DNA of 32,000 nucleotides from an uncultured Candidatus Marinamargulisbacteria bacterium (GTDB taxonomy: Bacteria; Margulisbacteria; Riflemargulisbacteria; GWF2-35-9; DYQY01), in assembly GCA_964429235.1 (NCBI GenBank), contig CAYSAQ010000007.1:35581-67580 (forward strand). The letters are read 5' to 3'. Below the pieces are notes generated by a model. The model saw nothing but the letters and a program-made list of their open reading frames with translations. It was not told the DNA's origin and ran no database searches. Both the position numbers and the translations under genes were made by a program. How positions within the stretch are numbered: the first letter of the stretch is position 1; each line of letters starts with the position of its first letter. Below, piece after piece: positions 7,673 through 14,783 of the stretch.

Positions 7673-8627
7673 AACACTTTTTGTATTTGGTGCTGTTTTG
7701 TTGATTCTTTTCTTGTCACCATTTTTAGGGGAGCAGTTTATCGGAATTGATGCCCTGTTACATAATGATCAAGCAGCGTATATATTTATTAATTATAGAA
7801 TCCCTAGAGTTCTTTTAGCCTTCTTGGCAGGAGCTGGATTGTCAGTAGCTGGTTTGATCTTTCAATCTCTGTTTTGTAATGTATTGGCAACTCCATATAC
7901 TTTGGGAATATCTACGGCAGCTTCTTTTGGGGCTTTGCTCGCTATGGCAACAGGCGTTAGCTTTAGTATTGGCATTTTTGATCAGACAGTCTTATTTGCA
8001 ATAGTTTTTGCGAGTATTTCAATGGGATTTATTTATTTGGTAAGCAGAAAATATGCAGAAGGTCGAATGTCTGATGTGTTGTTAATAGGAGTTGCTTTAA
8101 ACTTCTTATTTTCTAGCTTAATAATGTTGATACAGTTTAGATTAGATTACCTTAATGCGTTTAAGTTTATGCATTGGTTGTTTGGGAGCATTCGCAATGT
8201 TTCATTTGAAGTTGTAATATTTGAAGCCATTATTTTAGTTATTGCTTTGAGTTTTGTGTTTTTGTTAAGAAAAGAGTTAGACCTGCTTAGTTTAGGAGAA
8301 GAATTTGCTCAGAGCAGAGGAGTGAATGTTTTATATGTAAGATGGGTGCTGATTTTGGTGGGTTCTTTGACAGTAGGTTCAGTTGTGTCATTTTTTGGGC
8401 CGGTTGCTTTTGTTGGATTGATTGTTCCAAATATTTCAAGGATGGTAGTTGGGGTTGTTCATAAGCGATTAGTAGTAGCTACTGTATTTATTGGCGGAAG
8501 CCTGCTTGTTTTTGCAGATGTTTTATCAAGAGTATTATTTTCTCCAGTTGAGTTGCCTGTTGGTATTTTCACTTCATTTATTGGAGCAGGAGCATTCTTT
8601 TTTCTAGTATTGGCGAGAAGACGTTGA
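7662..8627 (+). CDS. FecCD/BtuC-family ABC importer permease
   Basis: About 320 aa and polytopic, with family-typical segments (RIPRVLLAFLAGAGLSVAGLIFQ, GPVAFVGLIVPNISR, PVGIFTSFIGAGAFFFLV). ATG 7662 overlaps the ATPase stop. Confidence 0.9.
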   Translation: MKNRTLFVFGAVLLILFLSPFLGEQFIGIDALLHNDQAAYIFINYRIPRVLLAFLAGAGLSVAGLIFQSLFCNVLATPYTLGISTAASFGALLAMATGVSFSIGIFDQTVLFAIVFASISMGFIYLVSRKYAEGRMSDVLLIGVALNFLFSSLIMLIQFRLDYLNAFKFMHWLFGSIRNVSFEVVIFEAIILVIALSFVFLLRKELDLLSLGEEFAQSRGVNVLYVRWVLILVGSLTVGSVVSFFGPVAFVGLIVPNISRMVVGVVHKRLVVATVFIGGSLLVFADVLSRVLFSPVELPVGIFTSFIGAGAFFFLVLARRR

Positions 8628-8652
8628 TGCAAAAGCTTTTTTTTAATACAAT
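8624..8652 (+). promoter_or_regulatory. sigma-70-type promoter TTGATG-17-TACAAT, 7 nt upstream of the ATG at 8660
   Basis: Hexamers at 8624-8629 and 8647-8652. There is no SD before the ATG. Confidence 0.45.
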
Positions 8653-8659
8653 ATAAGTC

Positions 8660-9352
8660 ATGAGCAAGAATGTGTTTTTATCAATTTTAGAATTATATGA
8701 GCTTCCTGTTTTTTTAGACAGAGAAGAGTTTTACGATAAAGTTGTTAGTTATCTATATATGCAGTTTAGATTTAAGCAGATAGAGGGTGTTAATAAATCT
8801 GAATTAGGATTTGACCTTTCACTATTTGATGATGGAGCTATTGCCTGTGTGTTAGCAGATAAAAAAACATATAAATTATCAAAGAAAAATATTTTAGACT
8901 TAAATGATATTAAGAAAATCATTATTTGTGTTGATAGGTCAGAGATGAAGAATTTTATCTCCTTTAAGCTTGGCAAACAGGTTGTTGGTAAATTTGAAAA
9001 ATTAAAAGAGTTAAAGTTGTTTATCTCCAGTATTGAAGCATTTTTTGAAAGACAAGAAAAAAGTTTTAAAAATGTTCGTAATTATTTAAAGAAAAAAGAG
9101 ACAATTGTTGCAAAGGAACCAAATGTAGCAAAGATAGTTGCTGAAAAAGAAGAGGTTAAGACAGGATTTTTACAAGCCACCGCAAAGAATATGCCTGAAA
9201 AAATAAAATTAACGCAATCATTAGAGAAGGCAGAGTCTGTGCTTATTAAAGAGATGCTTAGAAGAACAAAAGGCAAAAAAGTGGAAGCTGCTCAGAGATT
9301 AGGCATTACCGAGCGTATGATAGGCTATAAAATAAAGAAGTTTAACCTATAA
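8660..9352 (+). CDS. DNA-binding protein with C-terminal Fis-type HTH and an uncharacterised N-terminal domain
   Basis: The C-terminus LIKEMLRRTKGKKVEAAQRLGITERMIGYKIKKFNL matches the Fis/NtrC-type HTH_8 pattern. No AAA+ or receiver motifs are visible upstream. Confidence 0.65.
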   Translation: MSKNVFLSILELYELPVFLDREEFYDKVVSYLYMQFRFKQIEGVNKSELGFDLSLFDDGAIACVLADKKTYKLSKKNILDLNDIKKIIICVDRSEMKNFISFKLGKQVVGKFEKLKELKLFISSIEAFFERQEKSFKNVRNYLKKKETIVAKEPNVAKIVAEKEEVKTGFLQATAKNMPEKIKLTQSLEKAESVLIKEMLRRTKGKKVEAAQRLGITERMIGYKIKKFNL

Positions 9353-9373
9353 TCCTCCGACTTCGTTAACACT

Positions 9374-9400
9374 CAGCCACCTCCTTTGATAAAGGAGGCT
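9374..9400 (+). terminator. hairpin CCTCCTTTGATAAAGGAGG, a variant of the repeat element in the opposite orientation; likely terminator for the 8660 gene
   Basis: 8-bp stem and GAT loop at 9380-9398. The flanks CAGCCA...CT are shared with copy A read on the minus strand. The downstream T-tract is weak. Confidence 0.45.
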
Positions 9401-9415
9401 CCTTAAGGTTGAAAC

Positions 9416-9463
9416 AGCCCCCTTTATCAAAGGGGGAAAGATGCGTAAGCATCAGGGGGATTA
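9416..9463 (-). repeat. double-hairpin repeat element, copy B (likely terminator of the HAD gene)
   Basis: AGCCCCCTTTATCAAAGGGGG is identical over 21 nt to copy A. It is followed by GATGC-GTAA-GCATC and AGGGGGATTA. The final TTA is the HAD gene stop codon. Confidence 0.7.
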
Positions 9464-10177
9464 AAGTTTAAGTATTTGCCAGCGATTTTTCTTTGCAATT
9501 ACCTTTAGAAGCCTTTTTGGGTTTACCACAATAGGATGTCCCACGATTTTTAACATTGGCAGGTCAGAGATGTGATCAGTAAAAGAATAGCTTTGTTCTA
9601 AATCGATATTTTCTTCTTTTGCTAATCGTTTCATTCTTTTTACTTTTTCTTCGCCATGACAAGGAGTTCCTTGTATATATGATGTATAGAAACCATCTTT
9701 TTGTTCTAGCGTTGTAGCCTCTATTTCTCCAAACCCAAAATAATCTCTAAACAACCTAGCTACTGGATCTATAGTTGAAGATACGAAATACACCTTGTGT
9801 CCATCACTATGTAGTTTTCTTATTCGTTGCTCTATTTCAGGATAAATTTTAGGAGTTATTTCTGCATCAAACCATTTTTTCATCAGTGCGTCTAATTCTT
9901 TGACATTATTGCGTGTTAGCATAGGGTTTAATACTTTGTTACATTTTTCTATAACTTTGCTGAAATCATTAATCCAGTTCATCTTATAAAGCCCATACCA
10001 ATAGAGCACCAAAAAGATTAATCTAATTGGGAGTAATTTCTTTTTATAAAAATTTTGGACTAATAAATTTAATGAACCGTTTGGAAATATGGTTTTATCT
10101 ATGTCCGTAAAAACTGCTTTATTTTGTTGCACATACAAATTGTATGCTATGTTCGAGTCCAAATCAAGAATATCCAT
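9461..10177 (-). CDS. HAD-IB family hydrolase (SerB-like phosphatase family)
   Basis: Motif I FTDIDKT (DxDxT), motif II VYFVSST, C-terminal FTDHISDLPML. Confidence 0.85.
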   Translation of the reverse strand: MDILDLDSNIAYNLYVQQNKAVFTDIDKTIFPNGSLNLLVQNFYKKKLLPIRLIFLVLYWYGLYKMNWINDFSKVIEKCNKVLNPMLTRNNVKELDALMKKWFDAEITPKIYPEIEQRIRKLHSDGHKVYFVSSTIDPVARLFRDYFGFGEIEATTLEQKDGFYTSYIQGTPCHGEEKVKRMKRLAKEENIDLEQSYSFTDHISDLPMLKIVGHPIVVNPKRLLKVIAKKNRWQILKL

Positions 10178-10240
10178 TCAGTTTTTATTATAAATAGTGT
10201 AATATGTAACATAATAAATCAATATTTAAGGGGCTAAGTT

Positions 10241-10456
10241 ATGAAAACATTGCTAATTCTTGTACAGGTTGTTTCTGCTATTGCACTAGTTGTTTTAGTT
10301 TTACTTCACTCAGCAAAAGGGGAAGGTTTTGGGTCAATCGGTTCTGGTGCCAAAATGTTCTCTTCTCAAAAAGGCTTAGAAGATGGGCTAAATAGAGTTA
10401 CAACAACTTTTGCTGTTACGTTTTTAGGCTCAGCAATTTTGCTAAGCGTCTTGTAA
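10241..10456 (+). CDS. secG: preprotein translocase subunit SecG
   Basis: 71 aa with two hydrophobic helices around a Gly-rich loop (LLHSAKGEGFGSIGSG). AAGGGG SD. Confidence 0.85.
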   Translation: MKTLLILVQVVSAIALVVLVLLHSAKGEGFGSIGSGAKMFSSQKGLEDGLNRVTTTFAVTFLGSAILLSVL

Positions 10457-10472
10457 TAAATAGGAGGGCCGG

Positions 10473-11132
10473 ATGAAGCTTACATTAAAAGAAAAATTTG
10501 ATTTCTTATGGCAAGATTTTGTTGCATATGTAGAAGAAGGTATAAAAGAAGGAACCTATGCAAAAGAAGTTCAGGACAATTTTCAAGAATTAACAGTTTC
10601 GGATATGAAGGTTTTTAAAAATGACGGCAAAGATATGCCATCATTCAGGCCATTAGATGCGCCCATTGAAGGTAAGGTTTTATTAACACTTCGAGATGTC
10701 GCTATTTTAATAGATGCAGGACTAGAAGATTTTATCGAAGGTAATTATATGGGTTTTGTTGGAATGCTCGAGAAGTATACCGAGGAGTTAGATTCTTCAG
10801 TATTCAATCAAGTGAACGCTTCAATGTCAGAAATGTCAGGTATTCACTATATGCCCTTTTTAAGCGAGAAAGCAAAAAGAGAGTTTGTCGATAAAGCAGA
10901 CGAGTTGAAAGATTTTTTACCAGTTAGCTTGTTATCATCTCCATACTTCTTTGATTTTTCTGCAAACGAAGTTTCATGGCAGGATGGAGCAGTATCACAA
11001 GGCAAAGCTCCTACAAAGGCAAAGATAATTCAGCGAGTATTAGAATCAGAAAATGAAAGATTAAGAGATATTTCTTTTTTAATGTTAAATAAAGAGAATT
11101 TAAAAAGTATAGGATTTGATAAGTATTTATAA
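10473..11132 (+). CDS. hypothetical acidic cytoplasmic protein
   Basis: 219 aa with an AGGAGGG SD. Its stop overlaps the next start (TAATG). I recognise no domain. Confidence 0.5.
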   Translation: MKLTLKEKFDFLWQDFVAYVEEGIKEGTYAKEVQDNFQELTVSDMKVFKNDGKDMPSFRPLDAPIEGKVLLTLRDVAILIDAGLEDFIEGNYMGFVGMLEKYTEELDSSVFNQVNASMSEMSGIHYMPFLSEKAKREFVDKADELKDFLPVSLLSSPYFFDFSANEVSWQDGAVSQGKAPTKAKIIQRVLESENERLRDISFLMLNKENLKSIGFDKYL

Positions 11133-11641
11133 TGATTCAAGAGTTATCAACTAAGATAGAGATTTTAGAAGTTCTACAAATTAAAGAACTAAAGGTATAT
11201 CAAGGATTTTTAGGAATACTGGAGAATCATAGTACTGTGCTTTTGCCTGATATTGATAAACCAGAAGTCTTAAGCGAAATGATGGCAGCTAAAAAAAAGA
11301 TGATGGATGAGGTTAATGTTATTGAGGCAGAACTATCTCCAATTAGAAAAGAAGTCGCTATAAGTTTTAGTTCAGGTAGTATGGATTTTTTAACTTCAGA
11401 AAAAATCGAAAAAATTAAGAGCATGGATATTCAGATTATTGAGAGTATTTCTCAGATATCGAAGGTAGAACAAGCGCTGACACAAAAGATTCAAAATAAA
11501 ATGGCAGATATAAGCTCACGATTAAATGAAATAGGAAACAAGAAGAAAATAAAAAGACAGTATGGCGGCAGCCAGAGTAATTATGTGTCTAAAAAGGAAA
11601 ACAAAGGTTCTGGTAGTCTTTACTTAGATTTTTCTGGCTGA
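11132..11641 (+). CDS. hypothetical coiled-coil protein (loosely FlgN-like)
   Basis: 169 aa with a heptad-like Leu/Ile/Glu/Lys pattern. It is translationally coupled to the upstream ORF and sits next to the flagellar locus. Confidence 0.4.
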   Translation: MIQELSTKIEILEVLQIKELKVYQGFLGILENHSTVLLPDIDKPEVLSEMMAAKKKMMDEVNVIEAELSPIRKEVAISFSSGSMDFLTSEKIEKIKSMDIQIIESISQISKVEQALTQKIQNKMADISSRLNEIGNKKKIKRQYGGSQSNYVSKKENKGSGSLYLDFSG

Positions 11642-12318
11642 ATCTGAAGTTCTTGAACTAACGCATCTATTGATTCGCCATTTCTAACTCTTTCAATATA
11701 CTTTTCTCTAATATTGTCTAGATTTTCTGTAGAGCCGTTCTTTCTTATCCATAGCAAGATAAGCTGATTAATATTATATTTATTGTCAGTTCGTGGTTTA
11801 GTTATTGCCTGTTTTGCTTTTTTTATAAGGGCTGTATCGGCATTGATAATAGTGTTTATTTTTTCCCAGGCCTCATTTTTTTGGCTTTTAAGAGTCGAGG
11901 CTTTGTCCTGTAGTTCTTTTAATTTTAGCAGAGCATCTTCGTTATATGCAGAGTAGGGATATCCAGGGACAATGTCGCTAAGCTCGTTTATCTTAAACAA
12001 TACTGAAAGCAATTCTTCGTTTAGTGCTATGAATCGATCTTCGGCTTCTTTTAATAAAATAAAGTTTGTATTGGTTATAATTGCTGAGTTTGGACGAACA
12101 GTAGCGCTGCTTCTGATAAATGCTTCACCCAAAGAACTTCCCTTTTTCTTTAGATTAATTATTTGTTTGATAATTTTTATATCATTGTCATTATAGATTC
12201 GGATGTTTCTGTTGCCTTTTTCAGGTGAAATATATTCTTTTTTTTCCCAGTATTGGAGCTGTCGGTGGGAACACTCAGTAATCGCACAAACATCCTTACT
12301 TGTATATTGATCGGTCAT
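11620..12318 (-). CDS. MerR-family transcriptional regulator with long coiled-coil C-terminal region
   Basis: N-terminal HTH YTSKDVCAITECSHRQLQYWEKKEYISPEK...IRIYNDNDIKIIKQI. I prefer ATG 12318 (MTDQYTSK) to the track start 12381. Confidence 0.8.
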   Translation of the reverse strand: MTDQYTSKDVCAITECSHRQLQYWEKKEYISPEKGNRNIRIYNDNDIKIIKQIINLKKKGSSLGEAFIRSSATVRPNSAIITNTNFILLKEAEDRFIALNEELLSVLFKINELSDIVPGYPYSAYNEDALLKLKELQDKASTLKSQKNEAWEKINTIINADTALIKKAKQAITKPRTDNKYNINQLILLWIRKNGSTENLDNIREKYIERVRNGESIDALVQELQIQPEKSK

Positions 12319-12324
12319 TTTTTT

Positions 12325-12351
12325 ATTATAACACAAAAAATGTTTTATCAA
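12325..12351 (-). promoter_or_regulatory. promoter TTGATA-15-TGtTATAAT, 6 nt upstream of the MerR-like ATG
   Basis: On the minus strand the -35 is at 12351-12346 and the extended -10 at 12333-12325. AAAAAA follows, then the ATG at 12318. No SD. Confidence 0.5.
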
Positions 12352-12374
12352 TCCCTTATAAAACCTTGAATTTA

Positions 12375-12403
12375 TTGACACTGTACATAGGCGTTGCTAT
12401 TAT
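12375..12403 (+). promoter_or_regulatory. near-consensus sigma-70 promoter TTGACA-17-(TGc)TATTAT, 7 nt upstream of the flgB ATG
   Basis: TTGACA at 12375-12380, TGc at 12395-12397, TATTAT at 12398-12403, ATG at 12411. No SD. Confidence 0.55.
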
Positions 12404-12410
12404 TAAATTG

Positions 12411-12809
12411 ATGTTTTTAGATAGGGGATCGCAAGTTATAAAAGAGGGGTTGTCGATATCTGCTTTGCAGCATGATTTGATAGCTGAAAATATAGCGAAT
12501 ATATCCACTCCCGGATATAGGCGGAAAGATGCTAATTTCAAAATGACCTTATCAGGTATGATGAATGAGGGTATCCCAATGCAAAGAACACATTCAGGAC
12601 ATATCCCATTCAACTTTAATCCAGGACAAATGAACTCAATAATTAGAAACGATAACACTACTTCAGTTAATTCTTTTGGGAATAATGTGGATTTAGATAA
12701 AGAAATGGTTGGAATGGCTACAAATAATACGTACTTTAACGCGTTAACATCTTTTGCCAATAAGAAATTCAGAATGTTAGATTCCGTAATTTCAGAGAGG
12801 GTTGTTTAA
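12411..12809 (+). CDS. flgB: flagellar basal-body rod protein FlgB
   Basis: Rod N-terminal motif LIAENIANISTPGYRRKD, reached 22 residues after this ATG, as in characterised FlgB. Followed by flgC. Confidence 0.9.
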   Translation: MFLDRGSQVIKEGLSISALQHDLIAENIANISTPGYRRKDANFKMTLSGMMNEGIPMQRTHSGHIPFNFNPGQMNSIIRNDNTTSVNSFGNNVDLDKEMVGMATNNTYFNALTSFANKKFRMLDSVISERVV

Positions 12810-12818
12810 GGTTAGCTT

Positions 12819-13250
12819 ATGAGTTTTTTTCAATCAGCAGCAGTTATAGGTAGTGGTCTTAGTGTTCAAAGAGAAGTAATGGACGTTATTGCCGAAAATT
12901 TAGCAAACATAAATACAATGGAAACTCCCGAAGGTGGACCATATCAACGAAAAATTCCAATTATTTCAACTAAAGAGGGCGGAGGAAGTTCTTTTTCAAA
13001 TGTGTTGGGACAAAGAATACATAAACAGGTTAAAATAGCAGGTATTGTTAAGGATCAGTCTCCTCCAATAATGCAATATGATCCAACTCATCCAATGGCA
13101 GATAGCAAAGGATATGTTCGTAAGCCTAATATAAACCAAACAATGGAAATGGTTAGAATGATGGATGCCTCTAGAGCTTATGAGGCGAATGTGGCAGTAT
13201 TTAATGCTTCAAAAGCTATGGCTCAAAAATCGTTACAAATAGGGAATTAA
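12819..13250 (+). CDS. flgC: flagellar basal-body rod protein FlgC
   Basis: 143 aa. VIAENLANINT and the C-terminal MVRMMDASRAYEANVAVFNASKAM rod motifs. Confidence 0.9.
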   Translation: MSFFQSAAVIGSGLSVQREVMDVIAENLANINTMETPEGGPYQRKIPIISTKEGGGSSFSNVLGQRIHKQVKIAGIVKDQSPPIMQYDPTHPMADSKGYVRKPNINQTMEMVRMMDASRAYEANVAVFNASKAMAQKSLQIGN

Positions 13251-13251
13251 T

Positions 13252-14778
13252 ATGACAGAGATAGTTAGAAGGATCTACGAACAGTTAAGAACGGTTTTAT
13301 CGCAATTAAATATTGCTCAGCGTATTACACTTAGCATGCTTGGTCTTATCATATTTGTTTCATTTATCGGTATTGGAATTTGGGGCACAAGGCCAGATTT
13401 CGTTACTTTATACGCGGGGCTAGAGCAGCAAGATACAGGTGAAGTAATAAAGAGGCTGGATGATAAGGGCATTGCTTACAAGATAGGCCCTAATGGTTCT
13501 TCAGTTATGGTTCCTTCAAAGTACGCTAGAGAGCTAAGAGTAGAATTAGCTTCAGATGGCATACCTAACGGTGGTGCTAGTGGTTATGAATTATTTGATC
13601 AGTTTAAATTAGGAGTAACTGAATTTACTCAAAAGGTAAATTATCAAAGAGCGTTAGAGGCAGAATTAGCAAAAACAATTTCTAGCTTATCTCAGATTAG
13701 AGCTGTTAGAGTTCATATTGTTTTGCCAGAAGAATCTGTGTTTATGGAAGATAAAGATAAAACAACTGCTTCATTAGTTCTTGATGTACTAGGTGGCGCA
13801 TCATTATCACAGAGTAATGTAAACGGGATTGTGCATCTGGTTGCAAGTTCTGTTAAAGGCTTAAACACAAAGGGCATAACAGTTGTTGATACTAACGGTA
13901 ATGTTTTATATGCATATGAAGATGAGGGCATGATTGATTCTGGATTGAGCATGAAACAGCTTGATGTACAAAGACAATATGAAAAAACGATGCAGAATAG
14001 AATTTCTACAATGTTAAGCCAAGTATTTGGCAACAATTCTTCTGTTGTAAGAGTAAACGTGAGAATGAATTTTGATAAATCAGAATCGGAAAGTGAGATT
14101 TTTCTTCCATCAGAAGAGCGCATAATTAGAAGCGCTCGTGCAATGGAAGAAGGGTTTGAAGGTAAAAACGCTGCAAATCCAGCTAATATTGCAACAAATT
14201 TAGATGATTCTAATTATTCCAAAATTGACGAGACCACTAATTATGAAGTTTCTAAAAAAATAGAACGTTTCACAAGAGCGCCAGGATATATAGAAAAAAT
14301 ATCTGTAGCAGTTATACTTGATAGAAAAATATCGGATGAACAAAAGACCGATCTTCAGGCAGCAATATCTTCAGCTGCAGGAATCGATGCAGAAAGAGGA
14401 GATGTCATTTCGTTAACTAATTTAGTTTTTGATAAAACAACACTTGATGAAGTTAATAAGGAGATGGATCAGGAGCGACAGATCTCAATGGCGATGAATA
14501 TAGCCAAGAACGTTGGCCTTGGTATCTTACTGTTATTTACAGTATTCTATGCTAGACGAAGATTAAAAAAATTACAGGCAATAACAGGTTCTGGAGGTTC
14601 ATGGGGAATTAATGTTACAGATAGCGGCGGTAGCGCAATGCCTATTGGAGATCTTGATTCAGAAGTATATGCACAAAAAGAGAGAAGTTCGAATATGAGA
14701 AGATCGCTTGATGGAATGGTGAAAGATAATCCCGAAGTATTTGCTCAGGTTTTAAAGAGATGGCTGAGTGAGGGGTAA
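13252..14778 (+). CDS. fliF: flagellar M/S-ring protein FliF
   Basis: 508 aa with an N-terminal TM, a YscJ/FliF-like periplasmic region, a second TM (GLGILLLFTVFY) and a C-terminal FliG-binding tail. Confidence 0.95.
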   Translation: MTEIVRRIYEQLRTVLSQLNIAQRITLSMLGLIIFVSFIGIGIWGTRPDFVTLYAGLEQQDTGEVIKRLDDKGIAYKIGPNGSSVMVPSKYARELRVELASDGIPNGGASGYELFDQFKLGVTEFTQKVNYQRALEAELAKTISSLSQIRAVRVHIVLPEESVFMEDKDKTTASLVLDVLGGASLSQSNVNGIVHLVASSVKGLNTKGITVVDTNGNVLYAYEDEGMIDSGLSMKQLDVQRQYEKTMQNRISTMLSQVFGNNSSVVRVNVRMNFDKSESESEIFLPSEERIIRSARAMEEGFEGKNAANPANIATNLDDSNYSKIDETTNYEVSKKIERFTRAPGYIEKISVAVILDRKISDEQKTDLQAAISSAAGIDAERGDVISLTNLVFDKTTLDEVNKEMDQERQISMAMNIAKNVGLGILLLFTVFYARRRLKKLQAITGSGGSWGINVTDSGGSAMPIGDLDSEVYAQKERSSNMRRSLDGMVKDNPEVFAQVLKRWLSEG

Positions 14779-14783
14779 TCTCT

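Noticed and set aside
12356-12760. 134-aa ORF antisense to flgB
   Set aside because: It is a shadow of a clearly identified rod gene.
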